NCBI GenBank assembly: GCA_903858755.1
Contig: CAIOKC010000032.1
Span: 29,930 to 93,929 of the forward strand
Length of the DNA stretch: 64,000 nt
Source: an uncultured bacterium
Lineage (GTDB): Bacteria > Patescibacteriota > Minisyncoccia > Phycocordibacterales > UBA2100
Direction: 5' to 3'
The notes beneath the pieces are model-generated. The model saw only the letters and a list, made by a program, of their open reading frames with translations. It had not been told where the DNA came from and did no database searches. How positions within the stretch are numbered: position 1 is the stretch's first letter; every line of letters begins with the position of its first letter. A program made the translations under genes and the position numbers. Of this stretch, positions 1 to 8,821 are shown piece after piece.

Positions 1-256
1 CTCGCGGATCACCATGTGCAGTCTGAAGCGCGGAGGCGCCTGCGAGCCGCCATCCGCGCTTCCCTCGGACGAGAGATACATTGGCATGCGAGTAGCTTTG
101 GAGCGCGTAGCGCATTTTCGAGATCTCGGAGCGCACAGAGCTCGCGCGCGCATGCACGAGCCCGAAATCGCGAGTGTAGAGCGTGTATACCCTATCGCTC
201 TCCCCGCTTTCGCGGCTCCTCAAGATAAGCGCCTCAGTCTGATACTTCTGGTACAT
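1..256 (-). CDS. recO: DNA repair protein RecO, N-terminal portion (gene continues past window start)
   Basis: Minus-strand translation from ATG (complement 254-256) reads MYQKYQTEALILRSRESGESDRVYTLYTRDFGLVHARASSVRSEISKMRYALQSY..., a RecO-like N-terminus. Not a complete ORF in the track. Confidence 0.5.
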   Translation of the reverse strand, partial: MYQKYQTEALILRSRESGESDRVYTLYTRDFGLVHARASSVRSEISKMRYALQSYSHANVSLVRGKRGWRLAGASALQTAHGDPR

Positions 257-257
257 G

Positions 258-3095
258 CTATTCGAATTGGATAGTCGTACTCGTCGCCTTTTGTATCTGC
301 TCGATATTCTTTTCGATGGCTATACGATGAGGATCATCGCCCTTCACCTTGAAGACCACAGGATCGCCGGGGCGCAGATTCTGCTCCTTGCGAAATGCCT
401 GTATCTCGCGGATGGTGTCGCGCACAAGCCCTTCCGCTTTCAACTCGTCGGTGAGTGCCGTATCAAGCGCAAGTTCTTTCCCGGGCTTTACTTCTTTTAC
501 GTTCACCTCTTCCGCAATAATGGTCATGTACCCAAGCGGCAATTTTGAGTCGGCAGGGACCACGAGCGACGAGAGTGGCTGACGAATCTTGATCCCCGCC
601 CTATCGCGCGCCTCAAGCGCCTGCGAGACGATCATACGCGCCGTGCGCATCGCCGCGAGCACGTTTGCGTCATCGCTGCCGAAAAGACGCTCGAAGATAG
701 ATGCATTCCGCGATACCTCCGGCCACCTGGCGAGGTGTACGCTTTCTTCATCTTCGCTCTCGCGAATTTCTTGGAAGAGACGCTCCGCAAAAAACGGTGC
801 GGACGGCGCCATGACACGCGCAAGCGCATGAAGCACGTAGCGCATCGTCGCGAGTGCGGCTTTTTTATCCAGCGTATCTTCCTTGAAGCGGTCGCGAGAG
901 CGGCGGAGATACCATACCGAGAGGTCGTCTATAAATCCGCCGATGGGGCGCGTCGCCACATCAAGCTGGTATGCGTTGAACCCCGCGGTCGTCTCGCGAA
1001 TAAGCTCGTCGAGCCGCGCAATGATCCATGTGTCGAGAATATTTTCGCTCTTCCAGTCGCGCACCGTGCCATCCGCATACAGCTTGTAAAATGCGAGCAC
1101 ATTGCTAAGGCGTCCGATATGCTTCTTCGCCACCTCATCCACCCCCTTTTCCGAGAAACTCAGATTTTCCGCCTGCATGACCGGTGATGAGAGAAGGTAC
1201 ATGCGGAGCGAATCCGCCCCGTATGTGTCGACCATCTCCATCGGGTCGGGATAATTCTGGAGCTTCTTCGACATCTTCTTGCCGTCTTCCGCGAGCACGA
1301 TGCCGTTGACGATCACATTCTGGAACGCATTGCTGCCAAACAGGGCGCCTGCAAGGACATGGAGGTAGTAGAACCACGCGCGGGTCTGATCAATCCCCTC
1401 CGCGATGAACTGTGCGGGAAAGACTTTGTCGAATGCCGCCTTATTCTCAAAGGGATAGTGCCGCTCTCCGTAGGGCATGGATCCGGAGTCAAACCATGTA
1501 TCAAGCACGTCCGGGATGCGCCTCATCGAGCCGCCGCATGCGCAGGGCACCGCGACATCGTCCACGACGTGTTTGTGGAGGTCATCGATCTTTTCGCCGC
1601 TCGCCTCTTCAAGCTCACGCGCGGAGCCGAATACGCGCTCCGCTTCGCATATCTGGCAACGCCATATCGGGATGACGCTTGCCCAGAATCGCTGGCGAGA
1701 GATAGACCAATCCCTCGCGCCAAGGAGCCACTTCCCCCACCGGCCTTCCTTGATATGCTCGGGCGACCACTTGATAGACTCCGCGTTTTTTAGAAGGTCG
1801 TCTTTGATGTGCGCGACGGAGACAAACCACGAGCTCGTCGCGTAATTCAAAAGCGGCGTGTCGCAGCGCCAGCAATGCGGATACGAGTGCGCGATGTTTT
1901 CTTTCGAGAAAAATAATCCGTGCTCTTGGAGGTATGTGAGGACTGCGATGTCTGCACCCAAGCGCACGCGATCATCTTCCGAATTCGGCTTCACTTCCAT
2001 TCCTGCAAAATCTTTTACTTCCGGCTTGAATGTGCCGTCCGGATTCACGTGTTGTACGAAGGGCAGATGTTCTTTCTTCAAAAGCTCCCAGTCTTCCGCG
2101 CCGAATGCGGGCGCCTCATGCGCGATTCCCGTGCCGCTCTCTGCGGTGATAAAATCCGCCGCATATACTTTCCAGCCATTCTCGCGATTCTTAAGATGCG
2201 GATCGCTGGCGTAGTAATCGAACAGTGGCTCATATTCCAAGCCGACGAGATCTGCGCCCTTGAATCGTTTCGTGACGGTGCGCTGAAGCGCATCGGCGTA
2301 CTTGTTCGACACGATAAGCTGGCTTTTGTCGTCCCAGTGCAGAGCTACGTACTCAATGTCGCCATGCACCGCGAGCGCGACATTGCCCGGCAGGGTCCAC
2401 GGGGTCGTCGTCCATGCGAGCATGTATGCTTCGCCCGACAACCCGAGCTTCTCGGGATTCTTCAATTTACACTTCACCGTCACCGCGATGTCTTTCACAT
2501 CTTTGTACCCCTCCGAGACCTCTTGCTGAGAGAGTGTCGTCTCGCAGCGCGGGCAGATGTGCATCGAGCGATAATCTTCGTAGACGAGTCCTTTGTCGTA
2601 GAGCTGCTTGAAAACCCACCACACGGATTCCATAAACGGCTTGTCCATGGTGCGGTACGCGTGCTTCATATCCGCCCATCTCCCGATGCGAGGGATTATC
2701 TTCTCCCACTCGTGCGCATACGTGAGCACTTGCTCGCGGCAGCGCTCGTTGAATTGCGCGACGCCCATCGCCACGATTTCCTTCTTGTGCTTGAAACCGA
2801 GCTGCTTCTCGACGATATTTTCTATCGGGAGTCCGTGGCAATCCCACCCCCACACGCGCGGCACGCGGTAGCCCTGCATCGTCCAGTAGCGCGGCACGAC
2901 ATCTTTGATGACAGAAGCGACGATGTGCCCGTAGTGCGGCAGACCCGTCGCAAAAGGTGGACCGTCGTAGAAAATGTAGTCGCCATGTCGCGCCGGCTTA
3001 TCGAGCGTCTGTTGGAATATACCGCGCTCTTCCCACCATTTGAGTATCTCTTCTTCCCGCAGAGCAGCATCCGATTTTTGCGGTTTTTCAGACAT
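258..3095 (-). CDS. ileS: Isoleucyl-tRNA synthetase
   Basis: 945-aa ORF with class I HIGH-type motif (PHYGH) and KMSKS-type motif (KMSKKLQNY); editing and anticodon-binding regions recognisable. Confidence 0.95.
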   Translation of the reverse strand: MSEKPQKSDAALREEEILKWWEERGIFQQTLDKPARHGDYIFYDGPPFATGLPHYGHIVASVIKDVVPRYWTMQGYRVPRVWGWDCHGLPIENIVEKQLGFKHKKEIVAMGVAQFNERCREQVLTYAHEWEKIIPRIGRWADMKHAYRTMDKPFMESVWWVFKQLYDKGLVYEDYRSMHICPRCETTLSQQEVSEGYKDVKDIAVTVKCKLKNPEKLGLSGEAYMLAWTTTPWTLPGNVALAVHGDIEYVALHWDDKSQLIVSNKYADALQRTVTKRFKGADLVGLEYEPLFDYYASDPHLKNRENGWKVYAADFITAESGTGIAHEAPAFGAEDWELLKKEHLPFVQHVNPDGTFKPEVKDFAGMEVKPNSEDDRVRLGADIAVLTYLQEHGLFFSKENIAHSYPHCWRCDTPLLNYATSSWFVSVAHIKDDLLKNAESIKWSPEHIKEGRWGKWLLGARDWSISRQRFWASVIPIWRCQICEAERVFGSARELEEASGEKIDDLHKHVVDDVAVPCACGGSMRRIPDVLDTWFDSGSMPYGERHYPFENKAAFDKVFPAQFIAEGIDQTRAWFYYLHVLAGALFGSNAFQNVIVNGIVLAEDGKKMSKKLQNYPDPMEMVDTYGADSLRMYLLSSPVMQAENLSFSEKGVDEVAKKHIGRLSNVLAFYKLYADGTVRDWKSENILDTWIIARLDELIRETTAGFNAYQLDVATRPIGGFIDDLSVWYLRRSRDRFKEDTLDKKAALATMRYVLHALARVMAPSAPFFAERLFQEIRESEDEESVHLARWPEVSRNASIFERLFGSDDANVLAAMRTARMIVSQALEARDRAGIKIRQPLSSLVVPADSKLPLGYMTIIAEEVNVKEVKPGKELALDTALTDELKAEGLVRDTIREIQAFRKEQNLRPGDPVVFKVKGDDPHRIAIEKNIEQIQKATSTTIQFE

Positions 3096-3118
3096 ATTTT
3101 AGCCTATGGTAGCAAACG

Positions 3119-3147
3119 AAAAGCCCGGCAGCGAGTGCCGGGCTTTT
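3119..3147. terminator. GC-rich hairpin flanked by A-run and T-run (bidirectional intrinsic terminator-like), 24 nt upstream of ileS start
   Basis: aaaagcccggcagcgagtgccgggctttt: 8-bp stem gcccggca/tgccgggc with A4 and T4 flanks. Confidence 0.5.
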
Positions 3148-3338
3148 GCATACGTGTCGGCGCGGGATCACTGCGCATCGGCGATCGCATCCTCGTAGCG
3201 AGGATCGATGATTGACCAGCCGCTGCCTGGAGAGCTTCTTCCCGGCTGAGAAACATCCTGGCTTTGCGAGCAAATTCTGCCATTATTTCCTCCTTTGGCT
3301 CCTCACTGCAGACTACCTGCAATCGGAGAATTACGCAA

Positions 3339-4997
3339 TTACATCCTCTCCGGAGCGGGAATGCCGAGAATCCAAAGACCGTTTTTGAGCGTCTTCGCAA
3401 CAGCCGCAGTCAGTGCCACCTTGTGGTGAGCGCTAGTCGAACCATCGAGAATCTGCTCGCGCGCGTACCAGCTGTTGAATGCCGATGCGACTTCGAGGAG
3501 ATACGTGGTGAGAAGGTGCGGCTCGAGCTTGCTGGCCGCATATTCGACGATCTCAGGAAAACGATACAAAAGTCGCTCCAAATCGTTCGGTGCAGTGATA
3601 TGATATATCATATCAGTCAACCCTTGTGTTCTGGCTCTCTCGACGACGGCGTGCGCGCGTGCGTGCGCATACTGCAAGTACGGACCCGAATCTCCCTCGA
3701 GCGAAAGCGCGCGCTCGCGGTCGAACACGATGTCTTTGCCCGACGCTTGCTTGAGTATCTGGTATTTTATGGCGGCGACGGCGACATCTCGCGCGAGCGC
3801 GCTCGCATCGTCCGCGCGGCTCTCCGCCGCGCGCGCTTTCGCCGCTTCGATCAGCTCACGGAGGAGCGCCTCGCCAGTGATCACATCGCCAGTGCGCGAC
3901 GACATCTTCCCCGATGGAAGCCGCATCATGCCGTGAGAGACATGCCGTATGTTTGTAGCAATGTCTGGAAGCACCTTCCTCATCGCAGCGAGCACCACTT
4001 CGAAATACCCGGCTTGTTCGTGGGCTGTGATGGTGATCGAGGTGTCAAAGCCCCACACCTCCGATTTCATCTGCGCGAGCCCAAGATCCTTCGCCTCGTA
4101 CGTCGGGAGACCCTTGGACGTAATAAACACGCGGGTATGGAGACCGTCCTGCTCGCCCTTGTAGACCACAGCGCCATCGCTCTCTTCGAAAATCTCCGGG
4201 TGCGCTTTCACGAGCGCAAGACCCTTCGGCGCTGTCTCGCTCTCGAAAAAGTAGTGATCGAATTTCGTGCCGAGTATTTTATACAGCTCCTCAAAATGCT
4301 TGAGTGATGCCTCGCGCCCCGTCGCGTATAGCTTGTTTACCTTCTCGTCGGAGCGCTCGTATACTTGCGCATTGATCGCATCGATTTCCTCTTTCGCACC
4401 TGGGTCAGATTCGTACGCTTTTGAACCCTCCGCGTAGGCGCGCCCAAGCTCGGAAGCATCCTTCGGGTCGACACCGAGCTTCATCACGCCCCAGATCGAT
4501 TTCGCCACGTGCGGACCCACATCGCCTTGGTAATTCGCCCGCTTCACCTCAGCGCCGGAACACTGGAGAAGGCGCGAGATCGCCTCGCCTATCGCGTTCG
4601 ACATCAAGTGCCCGATGTGGAATTCTTTGAAAGGATTCGGGTCGGTATACTCGACCATTATTTTTTTACCACTTTGATTTGTATTCGCTCCCCACATGTC
4701 TTCAGAGCGCGCTTGTTCGAGCGAGGCGGCGAGTACTCCCGGTGCGAGATAGAAATTGATGAAGCCCGCGCCAGCGACCTCTATTTTCGCCACGCCATCG
4801 AGAGTACCCAGTGTCTCCACAAGCTTTTCCGCGAGTGCACGCGGCACCATTCCCGCCTGCTTCGCGTACTGAAGCGCCGCGCTCGTCGCATAGTCGCCAT
4901 TCCCTAATTCTGCTGGACGTTCGACGACTACGCTGCCAGCAGCGATGCCCACGCTCTGAAGCGCGACGATGAGTGCTTGTTCGAGTTTCTCCCGCAT
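3339..4997 (-). CDS. argS: Arginyl-tRNA synthetase
   Basis: 552-aa ORF with HIGH motif (FHIGHLMSNAIGE) and typical ArgRS anticodon-binding C-terminus. Confidence 0.95.
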   Translation of the reverse strand: MREKLEQALIVALQSVGIAAGSVVVERPAELGNGDYATSAALQYAKQAGMVPRALAEKLVETLGTLDGVAKIEVAGAGFINFYLAPGVLAASLEQARSEDMWGANTNQSGKKIMVEYTDPNPFKEFHIGHLMSNAIGEAISRLLQCSGAEVKRANYQGDVGPHVAKSIWGVMKLGVDPKDASELGRAYAEGSKAYESDPGAKEEIDAINAQVYERSDEKVNKLYATGREASLKHFEELYKILGTKFDHYFFESETAPKGLALVKAHPEIFEESDGAVVYKGEQDGLHTRVFITSKGLPTYEAKDLGLAQMKSEVWGFDTSITITAHEQAGYFEVVLAAMRKVLPDIATNIRHVSHGMMRLPSGKMSSRTGDVITGEALLRELIEAAKARAAESRADDASALARDVAVAAIKYQILKQASGKDIVFDRERALSLEGDSGPYLQYAHARAHAVVERARTQGLTDMIYHITAPNDLERLLYRFPEIVEYAASKLEPHLLTTYLLEVASAFNSWYAREQILDGSTSAHHKVALTAAVAKTLKNGLWILGIPAPERM

Positions 4998-5014
4998 GCG
5001 CTCATTCTACACAA

Positions 5015-5632
5015 TTACTTGAGAATTCGGCTTACCAGCGCCCAGACATCTTTGTGTACCGTGTCTATAGAGCGGTCTGCATTTACAAAATATATTTTTG
5101 AGCCCTTCGGTTTGAATTTCTTGAATCCGGCGCGCACCGCGCGATGATACGAAAGCGGTTTTTTGTCGTACGCATTCAGGTCCTTCGCGCGGTCGGTCAA
5201 GAGTCTTTCCCGAGCTTTCTTCGGATCAGAATCAAGGATGATATACGCGTCGGGCACCGCTTTTCTAAGCACTTCACCCGAGAAGGCGCGGATGAGCTTT
5301 GCGTACTCGGGGCGCTTCCCTGCGCATACCTGATACGCATACGTGGAGGAATCGAAACGATCGGAGATTGCCATACGCCCCTTTTTTAGCGCGGGCGCGA
5401 TTATCTCTTCCACGAGCGCCGCGCGCGATGCGAGAAAAAGAAAAAAGACCGCAAGCGGCGACAGCGTCTTGCTCCCAAGAAGGACCGCGCGAACAGCCTC
5501 CCCCGTCGGGGTGCCTCCGGGGTCGTGCGTGAAGACCGCTCTGCTGCCAAGCTTCTTCCGCAGAAGCTTCACCTGGGAGCTTTTGCCTGAGCCGTCGATG
5601 CCGTCGATGACGATGAATCTCGCTCTCCTCAT
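5015..5632 (-). CDS. tmk: Thymidylate kinase
   Basis: P-loop FIVIDGIDGSGKSSQ and dTMP-binding pattern. Start taken at the internal Met (MRRARFIV) so that it does not overlap rplK. Confidence 0.85.
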   Translation of the reverse strand: MRRARFIVIDGIDGSGKSSQVKLLRKKLGSRAVFTHDPGGTPTGEAVRAVLLGSKTLSPLAVFFLFLASRAALVEEIIAPALKKGRMAISDRFDSSTYAYQVCAGKRPEYAKLIRAFSGEVLRKAVPDAYIILDSDPKKARERLLTDRAKDLNAYDKKPLSYHRAVRAGFKKFKPKGSKIYFVNADRSIDTVHKDVWALVSRILK

Positions 5633-5663
5633 GGGCTGATTATGCCCAATTATTCCCAAATCG

Positions 5664-6089
5664 CTAGCGGCTCTCGACGTCCACCCCCATGCTGCGCGCC
5701 GTGCCCGCGATGATTTTCTTGGCTTGCTCAAGATCGTTGGCGTTCAAATCTTCCATCTTGTCTTTCGCGATATCCTCAAGCTGCTGCTTCGAGAGCTTGC
5801 CCACTTTGTTCTGCGGCTTGTCCGACCCCTTCTCGATGCCGAGCGCCTTCAAGACCATGCGGGAGGCAGGCGGCTTTTTCACGATGAAGGAGAACGTGCG
5901 ATCCTTATAGACCTGCATGACGACCGGCAAAATACTACCGATTCTATCTTTGGTCTGCGCGTTGAATTGATTGACGAATTCCCCGATATTGACGCCCGCA
6001 GGACCAAGCACCATACCCACCTGCGCAGCAGGAGTAGCGGTACCCCCCGGAAGCTGCAATTTGATTACTTTCGTTATTTCTTTTGCCAT
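5664..6089 (-). CDS. rplK: 50S ribosomal protein L11
   Basis: [43 protein letters not shown]... is a canonical L11 sequence. Confidence 0.9.
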   Translation of the reverse strand: MAKEITKVIKLQLPGGTATPAAQVGMVLGPAGVNIGEFVNQFNAQTKDRIGSILPVVMQVYKDRTFSFIVKKPPASRMVLKALGIEKGSDKPQNKVGKLSKQQLEDIAKDKMEDLNANDLEQAKKIIAGTARSMGVDVESR

Positions 6090-6128
6090 ACGGAATCTGT
6101 GTCGGTGCACTATACCTGCAAGTCGACG

Positions 6129-7118
6129 TTATTTCAAGCTTTTGAGCTTCGTCAGGATTGGACGTGCCAGCTTCCGTGCATTCCCATGCGAGAGCAGCCC
6201 ACTGTATGATTCCAGCACCGGTTTGCTCTCGCTTCTCGCCGTGGCGCTCATCATCCGCCGCTTCGTCGCGGTGCGCAGCACGCGGTGGTCGGGAAAATGC
6301 ACCCAGCCCAGGAAATCGACACCGGATGCGAGCGTCTTGATGAACACCTTGTCGGGATGGAGTGTGAGTGCGAGTCGGCGCTCAAGAAATTCTGCAATCT
6401 TCGGGAGCAGGATATCAAGGTCCGACCTTGACGCAGAGAGGAAGACGAAATCATCCGCGTAGCGGACGTAGTGCTTCGCTTTCAGACGATGCTTCACGAA
6501 TTGGTCGAATTCATTCATGTAGATATTTACCAACAGTTGGCTCGTGAGGTTGCCGAGCGGGAGTCCCCTGTGCTGACACCGATTCCCCACGGTCGTGGTG
6601 AATCGGTGGCGGTGCGGGCTGCAGGAGCAGAAGCTCCCGATGATCTCCGAGAGGAGCGCGAGGATGCGCTCGTCTGCAATCGAGCGGCGCAGGATGTCGA
6701 GCAGAATAGATTGATCGATACTCGCGAAGAATTTCCTGATGTCGCACTTGAGTACCCAGCAGGTGCGCGTGTGATTGCGCGAGACTGTGTACGCAAAGCG
6801 GCGAAAGCGGTCCATTGCCTTGTGCGTACCCTTTCCTCTCCGGCATGAATACGAGTCTGCGATGAAGGCGCGATCGAAGAAGGGATAGAGCATGCGGTAT
6901 ATCGCATGGTGGAGCGCGAAGATGTTGTCCATGAGCGCGTGCTGGAATTCCTGTACATCGAGCTTCTTGCGCTTGCCCCGCACAAATTCTCGCCAAGCTT
7001 CGAGGAGATTTTCTACCGAGATGATATCCTCGTAGTTATGCGCGAAGCGGATGCGACCAATACGCCCCCCCGGCCGAGGACTGCTGCCTGTTTTGGAGCG
7101 CATCAAGACCGCGTACAT
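6129..7118 (-). CDS. Reverse transcriptase, diversity-generating retroelement (DGR) type
   Basis: 329 aa with RT motifs 1-7 and YADD. Motif 4 reads GLPLGNLTSQLLVNIY, the [I/L]GxxxSQ signature of DGR RTs, rather than the QGxxxSP of group II intron or retron RTs. No maturase/X domain. The N-terminus (NYEDIISVENLLEAWREFVRGKRKK) fits DGR RT starts. Confidence 0.75.
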   Translation of the reverse strand: MYAVLMRSKTGSSPRPGGRIGRIRFAHNYEDIISVENLLEAWREFVRGKRKKLDVQEFQHALMDNIFALHHAIYRMLYPFFDRAFIADSYSCRRGKGTHKAMDRFRRFAYTVSRNHTRTCWVLKCDIRKFFASIDQSILLDILRRSIADERILALLSEIIGSFCSCSPHRHRFTTTVGNRCQHRGLPLGNLTSQLLVNIYMNEFDQFVKHRLKAKHYVRYADDFVFLSASRSDLDILLPKIAEFLERRLALTLHPDKVFIKTLASGVDFLGWVHFPDHRVLRTATKRRMMSATARSESKPVLESYSGLLSHGNARKLARPILTKLKSLK

Positions 7119-7587
7119 TTTGTGGCATGAGTACCATTCTAAACTGCCAAAGACTCACCGATACACCGTTGGTGCAAAGATAGATTCGCTGTTCGCAGAG
7201 GTGATGGAGATGGTATCGGCGGCGGCATTTTTGCCGAAACAGGAGAAACTGTCCTATGTACGGACCGCGATACGAAAGTCTGACGCGCTGAAGCTCCTGC
7301 TTCTGATTCTGTGGGAAACGAAATCTCTTGATACGAAGAAATACGCCGCGCTATGCGCGCCACTCGATGAGGTGGGCAAGATGCTCGGCGGCTGGCAGGG
7401 GCAGCTTGTAAAAAACTCAGCCCCGCGCGAAGGCGCGGGGCTGAAGTGCAAAGGTCAAAGCGGCCAAGTGCAATACAAGTGTCAGAGAGTCGAAGACACT
7501 TCCGGGACGCCAGCGAACGACCAGTCGTCGTGCCAGTCGAGGCCGCCGCGGCTGACGTACACGCGGCGCGCGTCAGGCCAGCGGTAG
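7051..7587 (+). CDS. Four-helix-bundle protein of the Avd / 23S-rRNA-IVS family (putative DGR accessory variability determinant)
   Basis: LPKTHRYTVGAKIDSLFAEVMEMV...LKLLLLILWETKSLDTKKYAALCAPLDEVGKMLGGWQGQL fits the PF05635/Avd-like pattern (PKxxRYxL..Q..RAA ... EVGKMLxGL). The ORF has no stop until 7587. It reads through the convergent gene's terminator hairpin and overlaps the 3' end of the 7482-8126 gene on the opposite strand, so the true C-terminus is uncertain and it may be decayed. Confidence 0.5.
   Translation: MRPIRPPGRGLLPVLERIKTAYILWHEYHSKLPKTHRYTVGAKIDSLFAEVMEMVSAAAFLPKQEKLSYVRTAIRKSDALKLLLLILWETKSLDTKKYAALCAPLDEVGKMLGGWQGQLVKNSAPREGAGLKCKGQSGQVQYKCQRVEDTSGTPANDQSSCQSRPPRLTYTRRASGQR
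7417..7442 (-). terminator. GC-rich hairpin (11-bp stem, GAAG loop) followed by T6 on the minus strand. Intrinsic terminator of the 7482-8126 gene and possible DGR VR-proximal hairpin.
   Basis: cagccccgcgcgaaggcgcggggctg. On the minus strand the hairpin is followed by agtttttt. Confidence 0.5.
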
Positions 7588-8126
7588 AACGCGGCGAAGC
7601 AATATTTGCCGTCAGCGTCGATCCACTGACAAGCAAGCCCCTTCTCGTCGGCCGCGGCAGGATTTTTCTTACAGTAGTCCGCGAGAGCTTCCACGTCAAC
7701 GCGAAGGCCACGCTGACGATATTCCTCGGCAAGATCGTTGCAACTCAACACACCATCCTTGTACTTCGACTTGTCGACGTTGAAGATGTGGAGTCGGGCG
7801 CTAGACTTCGTACCGCGCGGCATTGTCGCGACAACCGCCGAATCGGAATAAATCTTCCGACCAGTATCAATCAATACCTGCTCGTTCGAGCGGGAACGGT
7901 CGATCGTGCGGACGGTGTGGACGATCGAGCCAACAGTCATCGCGATGTGCTTACGCAGGACACCGATCTGCTCGCCAAGATAGCGGTTCTGCCCGAGGAC
8001 CGCCTGCACTGCGGCCGAATCGCCGATTGCCGTGCGATGGGTCATGAGCAGTGCCCTGTAATGGGCGACGGCTTTGTCGACCTGCTTGAGAGTCATTGGG
8101 TTTGATGGGGTCATGGTCTGTGCCAT
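7482..8126 (-). CDS. Hypothetical cytoplasmic protein; candidate DGR target (variable) protein
   Basis: 214-aa ORF immediately upstream, in transcription order, of the Avd-like ORF and the RT. C-terminus ...RRVYVSRGGLDWHDDWSFAGVPEVSSTL loosely recalls RGGSW...-type DGR variable regions. No homologous template repeat found. Confidence 0.35.
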   Translation of the reverse strand: MAQTMTPSNPMTLKQVDKAVAHYRALLMTHRTAIGDSAAVQAVLGQNRYLGEQIGVLRKHIAMTVGSIVHTVRTIDRSRSNEQVLIDTGRKIYSDSAVVATMPRGTKSSARLHIFNVDKSKYKDGVLSCNDLAEEYRQRGLRVDVEALADYCKKNPAAADEKGLACQWIDADGKYCFAAFYRWPDARRVYVSRGGLDWHDDWSFAGVPEVSSTL

Positions 8127-8228
8127 GGCGTCATCTCCTTTTGTGAACGAGCTGTCCTGACGTCCGAGAATACGGAGTCATCAGCTAAATTGATTGTACC
8201 ACTCTTTATCAAAAAAGCAAGTCCACGA

Positions 8229-8252
8229 AAAAGCCCCTTTTTCGGGGTTTTT
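8229..8252. terminator. Short hairpin with A/T runs downstream of nusG (terminator-like)
   Basis: aaaaagcccc ttttc ggggttttt on the plus strand; the complement gives ccccgaaaaggggcttttt on the minus strand. Confidence 0.4.
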
Positions 8253-8274
8253 TCAGCCTTCGTGGCTTTTGTTT

Positions 8275-8820
8275 TTACACTCGCTGTACCTGGTCCGCTT
8301 CGAGCTCCACCGGTGTCTCGCGACCGAACATTGGTACGAGCACTTTAACTTTTCCGCGCTCTTCGTCAATCTCTCCCACCTTTCCTTCCAGATCTTTGAA
8401 CGGTCCGTCGATGATAACGACCGCATCGCCCTCCGAGAGATCGATCGCGTGGCGGACAGTATCTCCGAGCGCGCGCTTGAGGATCTTGTCTACCTCTTCC
8501 TGCGCGAGCGGCACCGCCTGATTCGCGGTACCCACAAACCCCGTCACCTGCGGAGTGTTTCTCACCACGCTCCACGCATCGTCGCTCGCGATCATGTCGA
8601 CAAGGACATAGCCGGGGAATATCTTTTCCTTGGTCTCGGTCTTGCGGCCGTTCTTGATTTTTATCTTCTTCTCGGTCGGGACGACGACTTGGAATATCTT
8701 CTCCCCCATGCCGAAAGAGTCGACGCGCTGCCTCAAATTGCGGGCGACCGCGTCCTCGTATCCGGAATACGTGTGCACCGCATACCACTTCCGCTCACTG
8801 CCGTGTGTCTGCTTCATATG
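8275..8820 (-). CDS. nusG: Transcription termination/antitermination factor NusG
   Basis: KWYAVHTYSGYEDAVARNLRQRV...IFPGYVLVDM... (NGN domain) plus C-terminal KOW (GDAVVIIDGPFKDLEGKVGEID). Confidence 0.9.
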   Translation of the reverse strand, partial: HMKQTHGSERKWYAVHTYSGYEDAVARNLRQRVDSFGMGEKIFQVVVPTEKKIKIKNGRKTETKEKIFPGYVLVDMIASDDAWSVVRNTPQVTGFVGTANQAVPLAQEEVDKILKRALGDTVRHAIDLSEGDAVVIIDGPFKDLEGKVGEIDEERGKVKVLVPMFGRETPVELEADQVQRV

Positions 8821-8821
8821 T

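Noticed and set aside
3096-3338. T-box riboswitch upstream of ileS
   Set aside because: Terminator position is suggestive, but no T-box consensus (AGGGUGGNACCGCG), no obvious specifier loop with AUC, and no stem I GA-motif seen by eye. Kept only as a generic attenuator candidate.
6129-7118. RT as a group II intron or retron reverse transcriptase
   Set aside because: No maturase/X or endonuclease domain, and only 329 aa. Motif 4 is LGNLTSQ (DGR-type), not QGxxxSP. No retron msr/msd-like inverted repeats upstream, since the upstream DNA encodes the Avd-like protein. No intron domain V/VI structures flanking.
7446-8105. Plus-strand 219-aa ORF overlapping the putative DGR target gene
   Set aside because: Arg/Val-rich antisense-type composition and no start context; the minus-strand ORF has balanced composition and a terminator.
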